This document shows positions 57,051 through 64,000 of a stretch of 64,000 nt of DNA, piece after piece. Made by a program: the position numbers and the translations under genes. The first letter of the stretch is position 1. Every line of letters starts with the position of its first letter. The stretch lies in the NCBI GenBank assembly GCA_964599225.1, contig CAZRDO010000003.1:8066-72065 (forward strand), read 5' to 3'. The notes under the pieces are model-generated. The model was not told where the DNA came from. It saw only the letters and a list, made by a program, of their open reading frames with translations, and ran no database searches. The DNA is from an uncultured Candidatus Saccharibacteria bacterium. GTDB taxonomy: Bacteria > Patescibacteriota > Minisyncoccia > Phycocordibacterales > UBA9973.

Positions 57051-59075
57051 ATGTTCAAAAACACTAGTTTTACAGGAGTTTTGACTGCAGTTGCAGTCTT
57101 TGCGCTGCCTTTTGTGGTTTCGCATAAGCTTTTCTATGGCGCGACCAATGCCAAGTACTTCTTCGTAGTGGGATTTGTAGCAGTTTTGGGACTCATCTTT
57201 ACCTACCAATTAATCTTTAATAAAATTACGCTTTCAGTTCGAAAGCGCTATCTGCTTTGGATTCTAGGAGCTCTACTAGTGCTTCATTACATTAGCAGTC
57301 TTTTTGGTCCGTATTTGTCGATGTCACTTTGGTCAGATATATTGCGAAGTACCGGTGTTTATTTCTTCAGCGCACTCTCGCTGATGGCCTATTTTCTCTC
57401 TGAATTACTCAAACGAGAGGATTGGATACTTATTCGTCGAGTGGTTATTGTCTCATGTGTCTTCTTCTCATTTCTCTATTTCTTTGGGGCTGAAGGGGCA
57501 GGGTTTACTACTAGAATCATCTCAATTAAATTAGATGTGATCGGACTTACGCTCGGTAACTCTACATTTGCCGGCGCGTATGTGCTCTTCGGTGTCATTT
57601 TCACATTGATTGAGCTTGGCTATAGTCGAGGGAAGCGATGGTTACAAATTGGACTTGTGGGTGGATTACTTATCGAGCTTCTCTCACCACTCTACTTCAA
57701 TTCTCATCTGTGGCGTGGAGTAAGTACATTTGCCGATGCGATAAAAAACCCATTTGATTTTTTTGGCACTGCACAAGCTTCCGCAGTCACGGTTTTTGCT
57801 GTTCTTGTTTATTGGGGAATTGTGACCCTTATTAAAAAATTCACTAATGAATCAAATAGAAAAACTATACTTACTATTCATGCTCTAGTTTGGATACTTG
57901 GTGTTACTATCGGCGTGCTACTTCTCTTTGTCCCAGGCTCACCAGTGCAAGATCGTTATATCGCTAAATCAACAGCGGCTCGTGTCATAGTCTGGCAGAG
58001 TGGATGGGAAGCGATCAAAGAGCGACCGCTCTTGGGCTATGGACCAGAGAATTTCGCACTCGCAGTTCAGGGTCATTTTGATAACAGGCTTTATCTAGAA
58101 GAGAATATTGGTGAGACCTGGTTTGATCGCGCACACAACTTCTTCATTGATACACTTGTTCGAATTGGCTTTGTAGGTATCGCAGTATACCTGGGCCTTC
58201 TTATTTATCTTGGACATGTGTTCCTACGGGCTGGGAAAGCCGGCAGTATAAGTCGAAATGAGTCGCATCTACTTTGTGTACTTATTTTCGGTCACATACT
58301 CCAATTACAGACATCATTCGATACTATTGCAACTCATAGCCTACTACTCCTTCTAGCTGGCTATGGTCTATGGCTAGAACGTGAGCGCACACAATTAGCA
58401 AGTCTTCCCTTGAAATCAAAATCTATGGCTAGTGCTCGTTATCCACAAATAGTTGTGGGATGTGCCGTTTTTATACTTATTGTAGCGAGTGTCCCATCGC
58501 TCATCTTTGCTGAACACACGAGGCAGAAAGCACTCTACAATGTTTTCGTCGAGAACAATGATACCGAAAGAATCGAATTTGCAAAGAAGGCAGTGGAGAG
58601 AGCCTCAAGTTTTGAATCTCTTAGACTTTCATCAACATCATTCGTAAAAGGGCTACTTGAGAAAATTGCTGATCATAGTGCAACCGAACTACTTATCACA
58701 ACTGCAAAAGAAGAAATTAAAATCTACGAAGAAGCATTTGAAAAGAGACTCTCTGAGAATCCCGCTGACTATCGATCACATATGGATCTCGCGTACCTCT
58801 ATCTCACGAGTACTATCATCGGAGACAATCAAACGAAGCGAGCCAAGGAACTTATCAGTGCTTCGTACGAGCTTTCACCAGAGAATCCGCTGACCTATAC
58901 ACTCGATGCGCTCACAGAGCTCTATCAAGGCAATATTGCAGAAGCGAAAAGAATTGCCGCACTTGGTTTGACACTGAATCCAGAGATCGAAATGTCAAAG
59001 AAAGTTGTCACGCACATAGAAGCTCAGGCTAAGAGTTTCCCAGAAATTAGCGTCCTTCGACTTGAGAACCTCTAA
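57051..59075 (+). CDS. O-antigen ligase-like (Wzy_C/PglL-like) polytopic membrane protein with C-terminal TPR repeats
   Basis: ~12 TM helices with a large loop, then a soluble C-terminal TPR-like region (DYRSHMDLAYLYL...NPLTYTLDALTELYQGNIAEAKRIAALGLTLNP). Confidence 0.55.
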   Translation: MFKNTSFTGVLTAVAVFALPFVVSHKLFYGATNAKYFFVVGFVAVLGLIFTYQLIFNKITLSVRKRYLLWILGALLVLHYISSLFGPYLSMSLWSDILRSTGVYFFSALSLMAYFLSELLKREDWILIRRVVIVSCVFFSFLYFFGAEGAGFTTRIISIKLDVIGLTLGNSTFAGAYVLFGVIFTLIELGYSRGKRWLQIGLVGGLLIELLSPLYFNSHLWRGVSTFADAIKNPFDFFGTAQASAVTVFAVLVYWGIVTLIKKFTNESNRKTILTIHALVWILGVTIGVLLLFVPGSPVQDRYIAKSTAARVIVWQSGWEAIKERPLLGYGPENFALAVQGHFDNRLYLEENIGETWFDRAHNFFIDTLVRIGFVGIAVYLGLLIYLGHVFLRAGKAGSISRNESHLLCVLIFGHILQLQTSFDTIATHSLLLLLAGYGLWLERERTQLASLPLKSKSMASARYPQIVVGCAVFILIVASVPSLIFAEHTRQKALYNVFVENNDTERIEFAKKAVERASSFESLRLSSTSFVKGLLEKIADHSATELLITTAKEEIKIYEEAFEKRLSENPADYRSHMDLAYLYLTSTIIGDNQTKRAKELISASYELSPENPLTYTLDALTELYQGNIAEAKRIAALGLTLNPEIEMSKKVVTHIEAQAKSFPEISVLRLENL

Positions 59076-59077
59076 GA

Positions 59078-60178
59078 ATGAAAATCCTCTACGTTATTAC
59101 AAAGTCAGAAATGGGAGGAGCTCAGACCCATGTCTCTCTACTGATAGAATATATGAAGAATTCTGGTCATACTGTTGCAGTTATGGCGTCACCAAGGGGC
59201 TGGTTAGAAGAAAGATGTAAAAAACTAAATATTACTTTCTATCAGAACATATATTTTAAGAATAGCTATAATCCATTAAATCTCATCTATGCATTACATG
59301 GTGTGCGGACTATAGCATATCAAATAATGCCAGATATAGTTCACTGTCATAGTGGTGGTGGGGGGTTCTTTGGGAGATTAGGAACAATTGGAATACCAGC
59401 AAAAAAGATTTTTACAGCACATGGTTGGAGTTTTCGTCGAGGTGTTCCAATCCTACAGAGAGTGATTGGCTGGCTTGGTGAATTTCTAATGCGACCCCTG
59501 ACGGATATGACAATTTGTGTTTCTGAGTTTGATAGGGCTCTGGGTTTACGGGCTTCTATTCTTAGTCCAGACACATCGGTGGTTATCCATAATGGCGTTC
59601 CAATTCCTGATTATAAAATGCCCTCTCGGACCCCTGGGAAAATAAATATAATTTTTGCTGGTCGCTACGCTCCACCAAAGCGTCAGGACTTACTGCTAGA
59701 GGCTATCAGCTATCTACCAGAAGAGCTCAGAAGTCGTATATCAATACAACTTCTTGGTAATGGACCAGAGAGAAGAAAGTTAGAGGAGTTTGCAGCTAAG
59801 CTTAATATTTCGAATATCATTCATTTTGATTCGCTTCCGACAGAGCGTATGGGAGAAGCATATATGTCAGGCAGCCTTCTAGTACTCATCTCTGACTATG
59901 AAGCTTTTCCTATGGTTATTCTCGAAGCCATGTCATATGGATTACCAATTATTGCGAGTAAAGTAGGCGGAATTCCTGAAATAGTGGATGAACATGTAGG
60001 AGTACTTATTCCTCCTCGAAGTACACCTCTAGCAATTAGTACAATACTTCAGAGAGTCTTGAGTAATACTTCAGAACTAGAAATGTATGGAGTTCATGCT
60101 AAGCGATGCATAGAAGAATCATTCTCAATTGAATTGATGTGTAAAAAAGTAGAGAAGTTATATGCAAGAACAAAATAA
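59078..60178 (+). CDS. Glycosyltransferase family 4
   Basis: GT-B fold with the C-terminal EAFPMVILEAMSYGLPIIASKVGGIPE (EX7E) motif. Confidence 0.85.
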   Translation: MKILYVITKSEMGGAQTHVSLLIEYMKNSGHTVAVMASPRGWLEERCKKLNITFYQNIYFKNSYNPLNLIYALHGVRTIAYQIMPDIVHCHSGGGGFFGRLGTIGIPAKKIFTAHGWSFRRGVPILQRVIGWLGEFLMRPLTDMTICVSEFDRALGLRASILSPDTSVVIHNGVPIPDYKMPSRTPGKINIIFAGRYAPPKRQDLLLEAISYLPEELRSRISIQLLGNGPERRKLEEFAAKLNISNIIHFDSLPTERMGEAYMSGSLLVLISDYEAFPMVILEAMSYGLPIIASKVGGIPEIVDEHVGVLIPPRSTPLAISTILQRVLSNTSELEMYGVHAKRCIEESFSIELMCKKVEKLYARTK

Positions 60179-61322
60179 AAAGGTTCTTATATTCTCTCTG
60201 GTCTACCTGCCACGTTATGTCGGGGGAGCGGAGCTTGCAGTTAAAGAAATTACTGACCGGATTACTGGTATTGATTTTGACATGATTACGCTCTGCACAG
60301 AGCGTACACGTGTTGAAAAAGTCGGTAATATTATGGTCTATCGTGTGGGACTTTATTGTGGAGGACAGAGTTTCGTGCAGAGGATAATCCGTACGTGTAT
60401 GAAGTATATGTTTCCTTGTATGGCGCTTTGGAGGGCGACGGTACTCCATAAAGAAAAAAAATATCATACTATCTGGTCAATTATGGCCAATTATGCTGGT
60501 TTTGCAGCTTCATTTTTTAAACGGAAGTTTCCAAAAGTCTTCTTCATCCTCACACTCCAAGAAGGGGATCCGATTCCTTATATCAAGCGGCGTGTAAGAA
60601 TTGTATATCCATTATTTAAAAAAATATTTGAGCGGGCTGATGCCGTGCAAACAATCTCGCGCTATCTTTCGGATTTTGCAGTTGATATGGGTTTTGGTGG
60701 CACACCCTATGTTATTCCAAATGGAGTCGCAATAGAATATTTTTCACACCGATCCAGTGAAGTTGAGAGAAGCACACTTCGCCATAATCTTGGATTTGCT
60801 GAAAATAGTATTGTTATGGTGAGCGCTTCACGGCTTGTGAAAAAAAATGGACTAAAGGATGTCATTGATGCGCTAATGTATTTGCCCGAGCAGTACACAT
60901 TCCTTGTTATTGGTTCGGGGGAACTCGAGAAAAGTTTGAAGCTCCAAGTTATAAGTTTAATATTAGAAGATAGAGTACGTTTTACTGGCTATGTTCCTCA
61001 TAGTCAGTTACCTAAGTATTTCCATGCTTCAGATGTCTTTATTCGGCCGTCACTTTCAGAAGGACTCGGTAGTGCGTTTCTTGAAGCTATGGCCGCAGGG
61101 TTACCAGTTGTGGCAACGGAGGTTGGGGGAATCCCTGATTTTCTCAAAGACGGAGAGACAGGATTATTTTGTAAGGTAGAAGATCCAGAGTCTATCGCTC
61201 GTACGGTAAAGCTTCTTGAGAATCCAGTATTAAAAAAGAGTGTTATTGAGAATGGAACGGCCCTAATGAAGGAGTCGTATGATTGGTCTACTATAGCTTG
61301 TGAGATAAAAAAACTATTGTAA
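60162..61322 (+). CDS. Glycosyltransferase family 4
   Basis: EGLGSAFLEAMAAGLPVVATEVGGIPD motif; overlaps the upstream GT4 gene by 17 nt. Confidence 0.85.
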   Translation: MQEQNKKVLIFSLVYLPRYVGGAELAVKEITDRITGIDFDMITLCTERTRVEKVGNIMVYRVGLYCGGQSFVQRIIRTCMKYMFPCMALWRATVLHKEKKYHTIWSIMANYAGFAASFFKRKFPKVFFILTLQEGDPIPYIKRRVRIVYPLFKKIFERADAVQTISRYLSDFAVDMGFGGTPYVIPNGVAIEYFSHRSSEVERSTLRHNLGFAENSIVMVSASRLVKKNGLKDVIDALMYLPEQYTFLVIGSGELEKSLKLQVISLILEDRVRFTGYVPHSQLPKYFHASDVFIRPSLSEGLGSAFLEAMAAGLPVVATEVGGIPDFLKDGETGLFCKVEDPESIARTVKLLENPVLKKSVIENGTALMKESYDWSTIACEIKKLL

Positions 61323-61349
61323 TTCAAATATTTTACTGAAATGCCCTGC

Positions 61350-61377
61350 TTGACAGTGGGGGCCTTACTCATATACA
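61350..61377 (+). promoter_or_regulatory. Sigma70-like promoter (TTGACA-16-TATACA)
   Basis: TTGACA at 61350-61355 and TATACA at 61372-61377, with the ATG at 61394. Confidence 0.45.
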
Positions 61378-61393
61378 GTCAGATAACAAACAT

Positions 61394-62836
61394 ATGTATA
61401 TACTGAAAATAAAGCAGTTTTTTAAGAAAAAGACCCATCTTATTGGAGCAGCAGTAGTTCTCCTTATTATCATACTCATTATATTTATTGGCGGTAACCA
61501 AAGTGAGGCTGAGACGGTTGTTGTAGAGCGTCGAGCGGTGGTTGAGAGTGTTGATATTGTCGGTAGTGTTCAAGCTGGCATTGTAGCTGATCTTGGCTTC
61601 CCTGTGTCTGGAATTCTCCGGCGCGTGTCAGCTGAAGTAAATCAAGTCGTAAACACAGGTACGGTTTTAATGTCGCTTGATCTCGGTACACTAGAATCAG
61701 AACTTGCAGTCAAGAATGCTAATCTCGCAATTGCCAAAGCAAAAGTCGATAATGATGCAGTTAATCTGGATGCAATAAAAGAAGAGCAAGATGCACTTGT
61801 AGCAAGCGCGTATGCAACCCTTCTTTCTGATGATCTCGTCGCAGAAGCAGAAAGTGAATCATATACTGTCACACCGCCCACTATTACAGGTAATTACAAG
61901 GGGCAAGAAGGAACCTATAAAATTCAGATTGAAGCGAAGACAAATGCACAGGGTACTTTCCTGCTCTCAACATTTAATCTTGAAAAAACAGAGCCAGTTG
62001 AAATAAAAGAAACAGCACCAACAATGGTAGGCACCAAGGGTCTCTTTATAGATTTTCCTGATTCAATAAGTGAATATGATGACACCATTTGGTATATAGT
62101 GATCCCAAATACTTCGAGCGCTTCATATAGTGTGAACTTCAACATGTATCAAGAGGCGCTTAAAACACGCACACGAGTACTCGAAGATGCAGAGGCTCTT
62201 ATCCGAGAAAATTCGGCTGGATCGTCAATTAGTGCAGCAAATCTTGCTATTGCACTTGCTGAAGTAAAAGGCGTTGAGGCACAAATTCGTGAGAGAATTC
62301 TCAGTGCGCCATTTAAAGGAACAATCACAGCAGTCAACAGTGATCTCGGAGAATCAGTTGCCGCTAACGAGTCAGTGCTCTCACTTATATCTCTTGATGA
62401 CTTGGGAATTGAAATTGATTTGCCTGAGATTGATAGTATTAAAGTCCTTGCAGGTGATAGCGCAACAGTCACACTTGATGCATTTGGGGAGGATGTTCAG
62501 TTTCCAGCAAAAGTTGTCCAAGTCAATCGTGCTGAAACGATTGTTGATGGCGTACCTGTGTATGAAGCGAGACTTGTATTTGATATTGAAGATGAGCGTA
62601 TCGCATCGGGCATGACTGCAGAGGTGCATATTATTACTGACATGCGAGAAGATGTTGTTACTCTACCTATTCGGGCAGTTCGGACACGCGCTGATATGTC
62701 TACTTATGTTGTAGTAATGAAAGACGATGAAAAGACAGAAGAAGTTCCGGTGACTATGGGTCTTCGCGGTAGTGATGGTTTCGTCGAGATCACACAGGGA
62801 CTCAGCGAAGGAGCGCTCGTAGTGATTCCAAAATAA
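61394..62836 (+). CDS. Efflux transporter periplasmic adaptor subunit (HlyD/membrane fusion protein family)
   Basis: N-terminal TM, a biotinyl/lipoyl-like hairpin region (VVESVDIVGSVQA...TGTVLMSLDL), a long coiled coil, and a C-terminal beta-barrel (GMTAEVHIIT). Confidence 0.75.
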   Translation: MYILKIKQFFKKKTHLIGAAVVLLIIILIIFIGGNQSEAETVVVERRAVVESVDIVGSVQAGIVADLGFPVSGILRRVSAEVNQVVNTGTVLMSLDLGTLESELAVKNANLAIAKAKVDNDAVNLDAIKEEQDALVASAYATLLSDDLVAEAESESYTVTPPTITGNYKGQEGTYKIQIEAKTNAQGTFLLSTFNLEKTEPVEIKETAPTMVGTKGLFIDFPDSISEYDDTIWYIVIPNTSSASYSVNFNMYQEALKTRTRVLEDAEALIRENSAGSSISAANLAIALAEVKGVEAQIRERILSAPFKGTITAVNSDLGESVAANESVLSLISLDDLGIEIDLPEIDSIKVLAGDSATVTLDAFGEDVQFPAKVVQVNRAETIVDGVPVYEARLVFDIEDERIASGMTAEVHIITDMREDVVTLPIRAVRTRADMSTYVVVMKDDEKTEEVPVTMGLRGSDGFVEITQGLSEGALVVIPK

Positions 62837-62837
62837 T

Positions 62838-64000
62838 ATGTTTCGTGAGACCCTTCGAGTTGGCCTCTTCCTTGGTTGGAAGCAAATCAGACGTGCAAAT
62901 ATGTGGACAACAAGCCTCATCGTGTTCATCATGATGCTCACTTTCCTTAATCTCGTAGTAGTCTCTGGAATATTAGTCGGATTAATTGAAGGATCAGTAC
63001 GTGCATTTCGTGATCAACACACGGGAGACATCTTCCTCTCAACACCAGAAGGTGAATCGTTCATAGAAAAAAGCACAGACATACTTGCAACACTTGATAC
63101 CATCGAAGGCATTGAACGTTACAGTGCCCGTGCGACCGAGGGTGCAACTGTAGAAGCAAATTACCGTACGCGACGAGATCCTCACGAAGTTCGGGATACC
63201 GTTGCTACTCGTATTGTTGGAATCGATCCTCTAGCTGAAGATGCTGTTACCCACCTTTCTCATTATGTGGAAAGTGGAGCATATCTGACTGAAGGCGATG
63301 AAGGATCAATACTTGTTGGCGCAAATATGCTAGAAGAATATGCACCCGATTTTGGCGATGTATTTTCTACCATTGCTGGCGTCGAACCTGGGACACGAGT
63401 TCGGGTGACTGCACATGGAAACACGAGGGAATTTACGGTGAAAGGTATTATTAAATCGAAAGTTGATGAAACTTCATTTCGGGTATTTATGCTTGAAAGT
63501 GATTTTCGTCAGCTCGTCGGACGTACTAATATGAATGTGAATGAGGTGGCAATTACAGTTAGTGACACTACAACGCCACTTGCCGTGAAGTCAGCACTTA
63601 TTGGAAGTGGAATCGATTCACAAGCTACTGTCCGAATTTCGCGAGAAGCGCTTCCACAAGCACTCGAAGATATTATTGTTACCTTTAGCATACTTGGTAA
63701 TGCCATTAGTTCGATTGGGTTGGTAGTCTCTTCAATTACTGTTTTTATTGTGGTATTTATCAACGCAATCACCCGCAGAAAATACATTGGTATTTTGAAG
63801 GGTATTGGAATTAAGGCGAGCGCAATTGAATTTTCATATGTATTTCAATCTCTTATTTATGTACTCATTGGGGCAGGGATTGCGATGATCATTATTTATT
63901 CTGTATTAGTTCCGCTTCTCACTGCACATCCAATTGATTTCCCGTTCTCTGATGGTATATTGGTCGCGCCACTTGCAGGAACACTGGTACGTCTTTCGAT
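62838..64000 (+). CDS. ABC transporter permease, MacB/FtsX-like (3' partial, runs off window)
   Basis: ATG 2 nt after the adaptor stop, with no stop codon before the window end. N-terminal TM, a large periplasmic domain, then the FtsX TM bundle (ILGNAISSIGLVVSSITVFIVVFINAITRRKYIGILKGIG). Confidence 0.65.
   Translation, partial: MFRETLRVGLFLGWKQIRRANMWTTSLIVFIMMLTFLNLVVVSGILVGLIEGSVRAFRDQHTGDIFLSTPEGESFIEKSTDILATLDTIEGIERYSARATEGATVEANYRTRRDPHEVRDTVATRIVGIDPLAEDAVTHLSHYVESGAYLTEGDEGSILVGANMLEEYAPDFGDVFSTIAGVEPGTRVRVTAHGNTREFTVKGIIKSKVDETSFRVFMLESDFRQLVGRTNMNVNEVAITVSDTTTPLAVKSALIGSGIDSQATVRISREALPQALEDIIVTFSILGNAISSIGLVVSSITVFIVVFINAITRRKYIGILKGIGIKASAIEFSYVFQSLIYVLIGAGIAMIIIYSVLVPLLTAHPIDFPFSDGILVAPLAGTLVRLS

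Noticed and set aside
1-64000. CRISPR arrays, transposases/IS elements, integrases, rRNA genes
   Set aside because: No regularly spaced short direct repeats, no DDE/serine/tyrosine recombinase ORFs and no rRNA-like sequence were found. The only mobile-looking signature is the recA-tail direct repeat.

Overview
This is a gene-dense, AT-rich bacterial chromosomal segment. Its coding style resembles a Candidate Phyla Radiation/Patescibacteria (Parcubacteria-like) genome, but that placement is inference from gene content only.

Housekeeping core: secE-nusG-rplK with no rplA after it and folA on the opposite strand; argS; ileS behind a T-box leader; glyQS; metG-tatD; rpsF-ssb-rpsR; efp; recO; recA; ftsK.

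Envelope genes: three tandem Fn3 surface proteins; a PAP2-DedA-GT2-GT2 cluster; an M23 peptidase; an FKBP isomerase; an O-antigen-ligase/TPR protein followed by two GT4 genes; an HlyD adaptor and a MacB/FtsX permease that runs off the window end.

Accessory loci of interest:
1. ileS carries an in-frame histidine-phosphatase (PGAM-like) domain insertion.
2. A metzincin gene sits exactly at the 3' end of recA, bounded by a 39-nt direct repeat that re-encodes the last 12 codons of recA.
3. A 2018-aa RHS/YD-repeat polymorphic toxin (Tc-toxin-B-like N-terminus) has an unassigned C-terminal toxin domain and an adjacent putative immunity gene.
4. A CPBP protease, a secreted Tyr/Asp-rich repeat protein and an ABC exporter form a cluster.
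5. A wHTH gene is surrounded by iteron-like AAGGACA repeats, a perfect 30-bp palindrome and an AT-rich stem-loop, followed by an unusually long 756-nt non-coding region.
6. A stand-alone 93-aa ORF consists of a signal peptide plus a T9SS-C-terminal-domain-like sequence.

No rRNA, tRNA, CRISPR array, transposase or integrase was recognised.
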